A stretch of DNA of 64,000 nt, from NCBI GenBank assembly GCA_951406725.2, contig OX597827.1, positions 35,154,001-35,218,000 of the forward strand, given 5' to 3'. Of this stretch, positions 1 to 10,560 are shown piece after piece. Below the pieces are notes generated by a model. It saw only the letters and a list, made by a program, of their open reading frames with translations, did not search any database and had not been told where the DNA came from. The stretch is from Octopus vulgaris. Lineage: Eukaryota. The position numbers were made by a program, and so were the translations under genes. Position 1 is the stretch's first letter, and every line of letters begins with the position of its first letter.

Positions 1-207
1 TAGCATTACTGTTCCTATACCATACTTAAAGGCATCTAAAGCTACTATATTCTCCACTGCAGGATCGAAATGCACTAAGGACAAATCAGATGTTAATATT
101 TTCTTAATTTCGTCGAACACCTGACAATTTTCAGACCAGTTCCACTTTATATCATTTTTAGCAGACTATTTAGAGTTGCTCTTACCTTATGCATCTTTGG
201 AATATAA
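1..207 (-). mobile_element. Gypsy/Ty3 LTR retrotransposon pol fragment (RT-RNase H junction), decayed
   Basis: Minus strand reads YIPKMHKVRATLNSLLK / NDIKWNWSENCQVFDEIKKILTSDLSLVHFDPAVENIVALDAFKYGIGTVML with one frameshift; matches the Gypsy W.W...F..LK..L...L.HFD....DAS..G.G pattern. Confidence 0.8.
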
Positions 208-639
208 CATGGTTTTGTTGTTGTTGTTGCAGCTGTTGTTGATGCAACTGCACCACGGAGAGCAATAAGTCTTTCATGTTAAAATGATTTTTTTTCTTTG
301 GTTCTGTACTAAAAAAAAATTATAAACGGCCATCACAAGCTTGGAACAACTAGTCGCCCCTTTTATATCCTGATGTTGGATTTAATGAATTTAACGAAGC
401 AGGGGGAAAAAGTATTCACACGACGCGCTATGATTACTGTTACACGAGGTTAAACGATCTCTGCCAACGGCTCACAGTGAACTGCTTACCCTAAATTGCT
501 GACAGTTCTTCATTTTATAATGTGTCAGTTCACTTTTATTCACATAGGGTGGGGTGGGGTCGGAAACCTTCCATAACAGACATCTAGATGGCATTTGGTC
601 TAGATCAACGAGCTGTTGTTAAACTAGAGATAGGGCGAA

Positions 640-1730
640 ACTAAACAGCAGTGGAGTAGAACTTACAGATAATAATCGTATAGGAGAAGTGAACGGAGAA
701 TGTTACAAGTATTTTGTTATTTAACAATTGGGCCAGATTATGAACACCAAGAAGAAGGAGAAAATTTCTTCTGAATATACTAGAAGAATAAAAAAGTAGT
801 TTCGATCGAATCTGAAAGGAGGAAACCTGATCAGTGACATCAACGCTTGGGCTGTAAGCGTGGTATGCTACTGCACGGGAATTGTGAAATGGACAAAGAA
901 AGAATTGGTCGGCATAGTCACAAAAACTCGGAAAATAATGGCCATGTATCGGTACCTTCATATTACAAGTAACGTAGCTAAGCTTTACCTACCTAGGAAA
1001 GAAAGTAGAAAAAGATTGGTTGGAAAAGAGGATAGAGTTACGAGTCGATCAAGTCCTTGCATGATTATCGTCGAGATAATTACGAAAGAATGTTGTAGGC
1101 TGCTCCGGATGAGGTGATTAACGATAATAATGAGACCGTCTTGAAATACAAAATAAGAGCTAATGAAGAAACGATCATCAACTGGAAAGAAATTTTGTTT
1201 CTGCTGCTTTATCAAAAATCATCTGAGACATTAGTGGATGCTTATCATTAGAAGAAGTTTAAAACCACTATGACCAAGTGACATTGCAAGTATACTGGTA
1301 GTTGTGCAGAAAGTTTTGGCTAGAAAGTCCCAACAAGTGGTACGAGCGCCAACCTTTGCACGTAGCAGAGAATATTCAGGTGAAACTCACGTGTAATATG
1401 CTGATCTACACGGATAAGAATTTGCAGTATAACTGACTAAGTATCACATTTCCACGGAAGGAGTACAAAGAATGGACCTTCATCGATGTAGCAAAACCTG
1501 CAAATCAGAATATTGGGAAAACAGGGAACAAGTAAGTCGAGAGTGCCAAGACCTAGCATTAGAAGTAAAATGCCTCGAGAAAGCTTCAAACGTATGTGTG
1601 ATACCTATCGTGATCATCTCAAATAAAGCAATGATCTGGCATGAAAAGCTGAAAATAGTAAAGGAAGTACAAAGCTAGCAGTAATACTCAGAACCAGTAT
1701 ATGTGTTGAGAAACGTGTTGAGTCTCTAAA
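640..1730 (+). mobile_element. R4/Dong-like (RLE-endonuclease) non-LTR retrotransposon, 3' fragment
   Basis: INAWAVSVVCYCTGIVKWTKKEL..TKTRKIM..LH..SNVAKLYLPRKE (post-RT) then WYERQP..ENIQVKL and WTFIDVA..QDLALEVK..VIPIVI (RLE); many stops and frameshifts. Confidence 0.8.
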
Positions 1731-1819
1731 CTACAAGAAGGAGCTGAGACGTAATATCGGTAACCTGGGAAAAGAAAAGATATGACAATGATAATAATCC
1801 TTAACAACAACAACAATAA

Positions 1820-2029
1820 TTTTTTCTACAATAGACACAAGACCTGAAATTTTGGGGGAGGGGCTAGTCGATTACATCGATCCCAGTGCGTAATTGGTTC
1901 TTATTTCAGCAACCCCGAAAGAATGAAAGGCAAGTCGACCTCGGAGGAATTTGAACTCAGAACGTAAGGACGGACGAAATGCCACTAAGCATTTTCCCGG
2001 TGTATTAACGATTGCGCCAACTCACCGCC
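1820..2029 (-). mobile_element. tRNA-derived SINE with Nin/Deu-like central domain
   Basis: Reverse complement has tRNA-like head (ggcggtgagttggc...gagttcaaattcc) and gcctttcattctttcggggttg core; related copies at 2110-2375, 11305-11745, 44720-45098, 46280-46432. Confidence 0.8.
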
Positions 2030-2473
2030 TTAACAACAATAATAATCTTTTCTACTATAGAAACAAGGCCAGCAAGAATAATAATGATAATGATTTCTTA
2101 CTTATAAATTATTTATAATATAGGTACAAGGCCAACAAATTCGAGGAGGTCTTATTCAATACCATCGACCCAGTACCTGACCGGTACTTTATTAGCGACC
2201 TCGAAAGGATGAAAAGCAAAAATTGGTGTTTCTGCGCTGGTGTCGAATCCCACCTAGGTCCTCTTTGCCTTTCTGTCTTTCGTGGTCAGTGAAATAAATA
2301 CCAGTTAAGAAGTGGGATTGATGATATCGATTAAACCCTACCCTAAGAATTGCTGGCCTCGAGCCTTAATTATGAACAATTAATGTTGGATTCTGTTTTT
2401 TCCTTTGGATATATTTAACTAACGCGATAAAAAACAAAATGGAGTCCATATTTACTGAACCCCATATTTTCAG

Positions 2474-2641
2474 AAGTTTCATATCATTTGATCAGTCACT
2501 TCAGACGACATCAACTAAGTTATCTGTTGGTATCGTCGTTTCACGCCAACCTAAGTTCCAGTTGAGCAGTATATCTATTATCAAAGACATTTCGTCTTTT
2601 GTCTTTTCTTTTACACATTATGCGCCTTGTGAAAGCGTTAG
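2474..2641 (+). CDS. Internal exon of gene 1 (phase 2-2)
   Basis: Acceptor atattttcag, donor AG|gtatgt, 168 nt, only one open frame: SFISFDQSLQTTSTKLSVGIVVSRQPKFQLSSISIIKDISSFVFSFTHYAPCESV. Confidence 0.55.
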
Positions 2642-2664
2642 GTATGTTCGGTTCATGACCATAA

Positions 2665-3250
2665 GGTGGTAGTTTTAATTTCTGGACCGAGAAGCGCGCT
2701 GCATCTTTGAGCAAGGCACTTCATTTCATGTTACTCTAGTTTACTCAGCTGTAAATAGGTACTGGCTAGATACTGGTGTAACTCTCTCTTGTTCCAGTAA
2801 TCACATCCTAGTTGTTTCGCTGGTTTAAGAGTGAGTTGGCCAAGAAGATGTCTATATCTGCTCACGGCTACAATAGCGTGCTACATGTTACCTAGCCATA
2901 CTCACTCATAAAGGTTTGCTGTACTTCAGTGTAACCTAGGTTACTTTGCATTATCCGATACGTGTTTTCCCTTTATCAAAATCACCATCATCAATCACTG
3001 GGCAATAACTGCCTCGAGTCTTAAGACTCTTCAAGTCAGTCATCCGGTTTTCATGGCGTACAACTGATCGACATTACAATATTCTCCCGAAATGGAGTGC
3101 CATTCCGACACAGAATTACTCATTTATAGCTGACTGAACTGGAGCAACATAAAACGAAGTATTTTGTTCAAGATCACAACTCGCCGCCCAACCCAGGAAT
3201 CGAAACCACGATCGCAAGATCATGAGTATAACACCCTAACCATGAAGCCA
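2665..3250. mobile_element. Two decayed CORE-type tRNA SINE fragments (+ at ~2665-2790, - at ~3000-3250)
   Basis: ttgagcaaggcacttcatttc..tttactcagctgtaaat on +; the complementary gctgactgaactggagcaac..ggaatcgaaacc on -. Confidence 0.6.
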
Positions 3251-3930
3251 CACCAATTAACTCTTTTTAAAAATTGGATGTAATTTAGCTTCTGTTTCAG
3301 CTCAAGCAACGAATCCCTCGTTAGTCGTCATAAAAATTAGCGTTTTATACACAATATTTCCAGTGAATGAACAGATATTGTTTTCATATTTTGTCGAATC
3401 TCACCTCAAGTACATATTCATCATGTCAAGCACATTAGGAAAAATATAGATTAATAGGCGTTGAACTAAATCGATTAACTACTAACCTATTGTCATCTTA
3501 TTGATCCTAGATTTCGTAAAAATCAACGTACACTTTGTCAGAACTTCAATTCGAATCCATCAGCTTGCGTGTTTATTTTTTTATTCATTTTCCATCAGGC
3601 ATTCACGTGAAAATAGTGTCGCATGTTATAGGTTTCCAAGGGAGCCAGTCATTGTTTTACTGCTTTCCTGTAGGAAGAGTGAAAGATAGTGTCTGTTTAA
3701 ATCGAATGGGATAAATATCATAATGTATTTTAATATATACTTTATTGCATCCATTAAAGCGGAGATCAACTTTATCAACTTCTTTGTAAATAATGGAGTC
3801 CACGTAGAAGTGTTCTGATGTTTCCAATAAACTTTGATGAGTTATCTTTATAATTCACTTTTTTTCTTAATTTTTCAAATTAAGTAACTTATGATTTATA
3901 GACACTCTGCACACACACACACACACATAC

Positions 3931-3964
<34 letters not shown>

Positions 3965-3996
3965 TCACATACATACACATGCATGCATACGTATAA

Positions 3997-4054
<58 letters not shown>

Positions 4055-4120
4055 AATCGTCAGTAGTTCATATATCCGAAAAAGAACCACGCTCTAAAGC
4101 ATTAGACTAGTAATATATAT

Positions 4121-4655
4121 GTTTTTTATGGGCGGTCAGAGAATGACCATTAGTTTTGCACTTTTAAAGCACGTTCATGGCCAGCTACCTCTGGGTTTAA
4201 AAAAAGAAGGCACACCATGCGTAATTAAATGGACACTCCTTGAATAATCGGGGCCATATCCCACGGGAGCAAAAGATGCAAGCTTAGTTTGACCGAAAGT
4301 GCAAGAGTCCTGAAAAACTCGCTTAATCTGGAGGCCTTTTTAAACTCCAGAAAAGAAGTGTCTAGTCAATGCCTTCGTCAGAAGCGTTTCCCATAACAAG
4401 CTTAAAATTCCCCATTTGCCGAATCACAGGCTCCGTAAACCGTCACAGCTGGAACTGATGTAAAGGGGATAACCCCGTTCTGAACGAAAATCTAACTGCA
4501 GGGTTCGGTCCGTATATCTTTTTTTTTTTGTTTACAAAACTAACTGACCCGGATGTTTTCCTCACACCAGTTGAGTCTGACGAATCGCCTATGTAGCTAA
4601 ACGCTTTATAAGTACGAAATCAATGGTAACTCTATGACCGGCCATAAACAATCGT
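4121..4655 (+). mobile_element. Penelope-like element 3' fragment (GIY-YIG C-terminus, pLTR) with inverted terminal arm
   Basis: ASYLW..KKEGTPCVIKWTLL..PYPTGAK/RCKLSLTE...FLNSRKEVSSQC; 4121-4170 is an imperfect reverse complement of ~4602-4652. Confidence 0.75.
4573..4632 (+). ncRNA. Minimal type-I hammerhead ribozyme motif (helix II eroded)
   Basis: gagt CTGACGA ... GAAA tcaatgg TA actc; stem I gagt/actc. Confidence 0.65.
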
Positions 4656-4670
4656 GTATATATATATATA

Positions 4671-5162
4671 CTAGCAGTATCGCCCGGCGTTGCTCGGGTT
4701 TGTAAGGGAAATAACTATATAAGCATTTTTAGAGAGTTACTTCCCTTATAGATGCCAATTCGGGCTTTCTTAGCCATTTCTGTTTTGGTGACTTCAAGCC
4801 ATGAAGTCGTTGTTCTAAAAGAACGCTGGTCTCCTTGACAACGCTTTACGACGTTGATTTCCTTACACTCCCTTCCCTACAGCTTCACGAGGGAGGGAAG
4901 AAGGGGGAGAAGCAAACAGGTGCAGATGTGAGCGTGGACGCCAACTCCGCCGCCATCGACACACGATGCATTTTATGCATTAAAATGGAATAAAAAATGA
5001 TGTTAAATTATTTTTAAAATCGTAGACTCATCGTAGACGCGCGCTAATAGCCAGACGGGCTCAATATGAATCACGACTATAAGATACTCGAATTTGGTTA
5101 AACTGCACCGCAAAATGTGGGAGTAGTTAGGAGTCTAAATCGAAGGAGACAGACACTCACAC

Positions 5163-5170
<8 letters not shown>
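4671..5170 (-). mobile_element. Non-autonomous Helitron (~500 bp)
   Basis: Minus-strand 3' end cccgagcaacgccggg hairpin + CTAG, inserted in (TA)n; near-identical copy at 6058-6550; shares ends with the helicase-bearing element at 24345-25185. Confidence 0.85.
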
Positions 5171-5215
<45 letters not shown>

Positions 5216-5641
5216 AATCAAATGAATATTAACATACGGTGGATAATTGTCAGCTCATTACAGCTGTTTCTTACGCATTTTAAAAATAGAATAATGAGAA
5301 CATTACTTCATTGCAAAAAGCTGATGAAACAATACAAAAATCAAAAGAATATTCCAAGAATACGGCAGTTACGTGACCGAAGTCTGTCGAGGCTTTGTAT
5401 GAAATGGAAGAATCACTACAAAATTCTTGTAGGCATTAAGGGGTGGGGTTATGTTAAAAATATAGTTTGTGAAAGAGTATAATATGATATTTAAGATCAG
5501 TGACCCGGGTGAAATATGAGTCAGCTAGACTGGTTCTTTGAGAGCTAGAGGTGGAGTATAGGTGATATTTTATCTTACTAGGCTTAGAAGTGGGTAGTTG
5601 GGGAAGAACCGAAGATAAAGTACCCGATTCTATCCGAATCC

Positions 5642-5744
5642 TTACTAGCTCGGCGGTACATATTCTAAAATTGGAACGATACAGAGATTAGCATGCCCCT
5701 GCACAAGGATCACACGTAAATTCGTGAAACGTTCCATATTTTTT
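5642..5744 (+). pseudogene. U6: U6 snRNA pseudogene (full length, diverged)
   Basis: ctcggcggtacatattctaaaattggaacgatACAGAGAttagcatgcccctgcacaaggatcacacgtaaattcgtgaaacgttccatatttttt; 3-nt deletion after the ACAGAGA box, 1-nt deletion in the ISL, several substitutions. Confidence 0.93.
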
Positions 5745-5858
5745 CCTGCTTCGGTGGCCCAGTAGACATGGGTGTTGAGAAGCAGTAATACAAAACATAG
5801 GTGGTGGTTTCAAATATCTTCCAGAAATTACAAGAGATCTAGTTAAAAAATTTTTAAA

Positions 5859-6013
5859 GGCGTAGGAGTGGCTGTGTGGTAAGAAGCTTTCTTCCCAACC
5901 ACATGGTTCCGGGTTCAGTCCCACTGCGTGGCACCTTGGGAAAGAGTCTTCAACTATAGCCTCGGGCCGACCAAACTCGTATGAGTGGATTTGGTAGACT
6001 GAAAGAAGCCGTC

Positions 6014-6060
<47 letters not shown>

Positions 6061-6828
6061 TCTAGTTGTGTGAGTGTCTGTCCCCTTCGATTTAGATTCC
6101 TAACTCCTCCCGCATTTTGCGGTGCAGTTTAACCAAATTCGGGTATCTTATAGTCGTGATTCATATCGAGCCCGTCTGACTATTAGCGCGCGTCAACGAT
6201 GAGTCTACGATTTTAAAAATAATTTAACATCATTTTTTATTCCATTTTAATGCATAAAATGCATCGTGTGTCGATGGCGGTGGAGTTGGCGTCCACGCTC
6301 ACAGCTGCACCTGTTTGCTTCTCCCCCTTCCCTCCCTCGTGAAGCTGTGGGGAAGGGAGTGTAAAGAAATCAACGTCGTAATGCGTTGTGAAGGAGACCA
6401 GCGTTCTTTTAGAACAACGACTTCATGGCTTGAAGTCACCAAAACAAAAATGGCTAAGAAAGCCCGAATTTATAAGGGAAGTAACTCTCTAAAAATGCTT
6501 ATATAGTTATTTCCCTTACAAACCCGAGCAACGCCGGGCGATACTGCTAGTATATATATAATAATATTAGGGAGTATAACTCCAAACTTACAGGGAGAAA
6601 TATATTAAAAAAAAATTATATACATATATTATTTGTTATTTATGTATTGGTTTATGTCTATCACTGTTAGAGTTCCATAATAGTGGTTTTTATCTCTAAT
6701 TCATATTTTATATATATACGACGGGCTTCTTTCAGTATCCGTCTTTGGTCGGCCCGAGGCTATAGTAGAAGACATTTTCCCAAGTATGTATGTATGTATG
6801 TATGTATGTATGTATGTATGTATGTATG

Positions 6829-6904
<76 letters not shown>

Positions 6905-7117
6905 GTATGTATGTGTTTGTTGTTGCTGTCTGTGTTTGTCCTCCCACCATCACTTGACAACGGATGTTAGTGTGTTTACTTCCCCGTCACTTAGTGGTTC
7001 GGCAAAAAGAGATCGATAGAATAAGTACTAGGCTTACAGAGAATAAGTCCTGGGGTCCATATATTCGACTAAAGGTGGCGCTCCAGTATGGCCGCAGTCA
7101 AATGACTGAAACAAGTA
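5859..7117 (+). mobile_element. CORE-type tRNA SINE with internal microsatellite, split by nested insertions (head 5859-6015, tail ~6925-7117)
   Basis: A/B boxes tggctgtgtgg / ggttcagtccc, CORE-like ccttgggaaagagtctt; tail tgtttgtcc..cttgacaac..actgaaacaag recurs at 23200-23395 and 61220-61435. Confidence 0.75.
6058..6550 (+). mobile_element. Non-autonomous Helitron, inverted twin of 4671-5170
   Basis: Ends cccgagcaacgccgggcgatactgCTAG followed by (TA)n. Confidence 0.85.
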
Positions 7118-7218
7118 ATATATATATATATATATATACTTACATACATACATAACGGCGGTGCATCAGCATGGCCGCAGCTCTGAGCTGAAACTAGAGA
7201 AAAAATATATACATATCA

Positions 7219-7286
<68 letters not shown>

Positions 7287-7425
7287 GTATACATCTAATT
7301 ATATAAAAACCTTTTTTGACATCATCATGACATTTGTTAGATTGAGAACAGTGAAGTTACTCAGGTCTGATGCTTTTTATTTACTGAGGATAATAAAATC
7401 ATAACCTTTGTTTCGACTTTCATAG

Positions 7426-7525
7426 CTGTGTTTACTTTAAACGATACTGAAAACCTGTTTCAAAGTTATGTCAAACTCCCTACACAGGCCTGCATTTGAT
7501 GACGCCAAACCTATCCTTAGAAATG
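7426..7525 (+). CDS. Probable exon of gene 1 containing a 1-nt frameshift
   Basis: Acceptor ctttcatag, donor G|gtaac. Enters phase 2 (CVYFK) and exits phase 1 (TILKTCFKVMSNSLHRPAFDDAKPILRN) only if one base is added at tttaaacg; both phases fit the neighbouring exons. Confidence 0.4.
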
Positions 7526-7718
7526 GTAACAATACTGGAAATATTGAAAAATGAACATTTGAGTTTGCGAAAAATCTTGACGTGATAGAATGAAATGGCT
7601 TTCATTTTTTTAACTCAATACTCCAAAATTTCTCCATCACCAGACAAGACCAGACAACAAAAAACATGTTCCCCGGTGTGTATATATATATATATATATA
7701 CATGCATATATGTGTGTG

Positions 7719-7781
<63 letters not shown>

Positions 7782-8049
7782 ACACATATACAGACACATG
7801 CATATATGCATCGACGCACACACACATATACATGCACAAACGCACATACTCACACATACACATGCATGTGTGGTAGACAGTGTGTCTTCCGATCGGCCTC
7901 CAAACAGTTTCCGTCGACAATATATTTCATTGACTATATATTAGTCAAACCGAAACTGCGGTTGAATACAATTAAAATGTCACACAATGGGGTCGAATAC
8001 ATATACATGCAGTTGTGGAGCAAAATTTGCAATGACACATCTGACCTTA

Positions 8050-8250
8050 CGAGAGGGTGCTGAAAATTTGGCATTAAACAGAAAAATACTACAGGAGGAT
8101 CAGTTAATTACGATTTTACTCAACAAATTCCCCTCTCTGATTCACACACTTAGTACAGCGGCCCTTCAGTTTTTCTAAGCCCAGTAAAAGAACTCGGAAG
8201 TTTGGGCCACCAGCCAGGCCTTTCGCGACACCTTTTTCAGCACACCCTCG
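8050..8250 (-). mobile_element. mariner-derived MITE
   Basis: Imperfect TIRs cgagagggtgctgaaaa / ttttcagcacaccctcg flanked by TA; holds transposase C-terminus GLEKLKGRCTKCVNQRGEFVE. Confidence 0.8.
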
Positions 8251-8340
8251 TATCAAATGGGATGGAAGAACAATCACGGGTTTAATAAAACGAATATATA
8301 TTTCATTTGTGATTTTATTTCTAAAATTCTTTGTTTGTAG

Positions 8341-8699
8341 CAACCAGCCTGTATCCTCTCGTTACCACCAACACCACTGAAATCACAATTACGAGCAACA
8401 CCGGACCCGCGGAGAATGTATCAGATGAAACACTTTGTTCATGTCCTTGCAATAAACCGATGAAGAATTTGACACGCAAAGAAGTTCTTGAAAAACTGAA
8501 TCAACTTGCGTCTGAGTTAACTATTCCACGCAACACGACATCAAAGTACAAACGGTCCAAAATCAGTGCGCCGGACGAGAGAGAATCTTCATTATATATT
8601 AGTACTTTTATTGTAATAATCGTCACAATACCGTTTACCTTCATAATCCTCCTTGATTTAATTCCACTTTTAAAGTGGCTCCTTGTAAAGTGTATGTAA
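8341..8699 (+). CDS. Terminal exon of gene 1: Thr-rich stalk, CxCPC...SAPDER motif, transmembrane helix
   Basis: Acceptor ttgtttgtag, phase 1; CSCPC..LEKLNQLASELTIPRNTTSKYKRSKISAPDERESSLYISTFIVIIVTIPFTFIILLD, resembling a tail common in uncharacterised mollusc membrane proteins; TAA at 8697-8699. Confidence 0.85.
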
Positions 8700-8965
8700 A
8701 AATATTTGGTCACATAAAATATAACTTGTAACATTTCATAGATATATCACCTCTATGTGCATTATGATATTTTTAAATTATAGATTCATCTTTTCTTATT
8801 AGAATATCTATATACCAATGTATATATATATATATATACATGTGTGTGTGTATATATGTCTATATATATGTATATATATATGTATATATATATATATATA
8901 TATATTACGGAGATGTACTTGCATAGCAAGTGACCTGATCTGAGATCATGAGCTGAAACAAAAGC

Positions 8966-9238
8966 AATTGCAGCATGGAAGATGTTTATAAGCCATTTAA
9001 AAACACACAAAAACCGTTAGATTCACCTCAACATTTAAATTTAATTTGTCCAAATATTTTCGTCACTTTGAGACCTCGACCTGTTCACTGACAAAATTCC
9101 GTGCTGAATTTTGTCAGTGAACTGGTCGCAGTTTCAAATCGACGGAAATATTTTGACAAATTACATTTAAATATTGAAGTCAATCTAACGGTTTTTGTGT
9201 GTATTTAAATGGGTTATAAACACCTTCTACGCAACAAT

Positions 9239-9239
<1 letters not shown>
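8966..9239. repeat. Long imperfect foldback (134-bp arms, 6-nt loop), probably Penelope-derived
   Basis: 8966-9099 is the reverse complement of 9106-9239; the unit lies between (TA)n tracts. Confidence 0.9.
9045..9095 (-). ncRNA. Hammerhead ribozyme variant with G3-C8 core swap
   Basis: Minus strand: tttgtca GTGAACA g gtcg..tgac GAAA atat TT ggacaaa. Confidence 0.6.
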
Positions 9240-9283
<44 letters not shown>

Positions 9284-9394
9284 TACATCACCATACATCA
9301 TCATACATTCCCAGAAACAACCATAAAGTCGGATACACATATGGAACTGAGCAGTGACTCACACATACACACAAATACATATGCATACATAAGA

Positions 9395-9597
9395 AATTCT
9401 CTTAGATAAAAAATTACCTAAAAACAGATTAGCACAAACCGGATCAAAGATATGAAGGGGATTTTTATATAACCGTTTGTGGGCTATCATCGGCTCTTCA
9501 AACTGTTTGAATAGCTGACGACAACCGATAGCGCTTACATACAGAAATCCATCAAGATGTGTGTTAATCTGTTTTTTAACGCTTTCTCAGATAATTT
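9395..9597. repeat. Eroded foldback
   Basis: aaaaacagattagcaca / tgtgttaatctgttttt and ggctcttcaaac / gtttgaatagct arms centred near 9503. Confidence 0.6.
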
Positions 9598-9639
9598 TGT
9601 TTCAAATATTGTGACTTTTTCATGAACTTTTTATAAATT

Positions 9640-9697
<58 letters not shown>

Positions 9698-9745
9698 TAT
9701 ATATATAAGAAATATTGAATTTCTAAATCTCTCGTAGAGACATGT

Positions 9746-10560
9746 ACGGTGGTGGGGCGATAGAATGGCTGTATACTGTCAATCTAACAAGAACGTGACA
9801 GTAGGGGGTACACCACCGTTGTATAGCCCTAGGAGGCATCGAACGCCTCCTGACAGCTTCGACACATCGAACAAAAGTTACCTGTGTAACCCAGAGAACA
9901 ATCCATCAATGTCTGAGGAGTTTCAGACTGAAAGCATACAAACAACTCGAGATGAAATCTTGCTTACCAGAATCAACCAGTCCATATCCGAAAATGGTGC
10001 AAGCCCAAAGTGCAGATTTGTGACCAATATGATGAAATGATAGACCATCTTATTTCAGGCTGTCTGGTTCTGACATCAAATGAGTATAAGAATCACCATG
10101 ACAGAGTAGGTCAATACCTGCACTGGAAACTCTGTAATCAGAGGAAAATGAAATCAGCCATCAACTGGTATGAACACCGCCCAGAGTTAGAAATGGAAGG
10201 AGGTAACATAGCAATACTTTAGGATTTTAGTTTGCACAGAACTGACAGTTCAAGTAAGTAGACCAGATATCATCAAGGATAGGAGAGATAAGACCTACAG
10301 ATTAATTGATATGAGTACCCATTCAGATAATAACGAGTCAGTAAAAGAATTTGAAAGAACTAAGTACAAAGTGTTATAGATGGACATTGATAAGATGTGA
10401 CATCTTATAATCGAAGATGTGTCCACTCATCATAAGACATTTAGGTATGGTAAATAGTAGATGTAGAAAAAATCTTAGCAATTTCTCAAGGGAATCATCT
10501 TTCCAGGAAATTAAAACAAGCACTGCGCTTTTATTATAAAGAGCCCTCTTGATGTAAATA
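9746..10560 (+). mobile_element. R4/Dong-like LINE derivative: structured leader plus CCHC and RLE region
   Basis: PKCR/ICDQYDEMIDHLISGC..EYKNHHDRVGQYLHWKLC..WYEHRP..IL*DF..RPDI..LIDMS. Confidence 0.8.

Noticed and set aside
4121-4655. MITE with 30-50 bp TIRs
   Set aside because: The interior encodes a GIY-YIG C-terminus and a hammerhead, so it was reassigned to a Penelope-like element.
5642-5744. Functional U6 gene
   Set aside because: Deletions in the catalytic region and no evident TATA box.
5859-5930. tRNA gene
   Set aside because: A/B boxes run into a SINE body with no proper cloverleaf; the same holds for the other SINE heads.
9746-9857. Canonical HDV-like or twister ribozyme
   Set aside because: Could not place the P3/L3/P1.1 and J4/2 catalytic C, or the twister core; kept as an unclassified structure.
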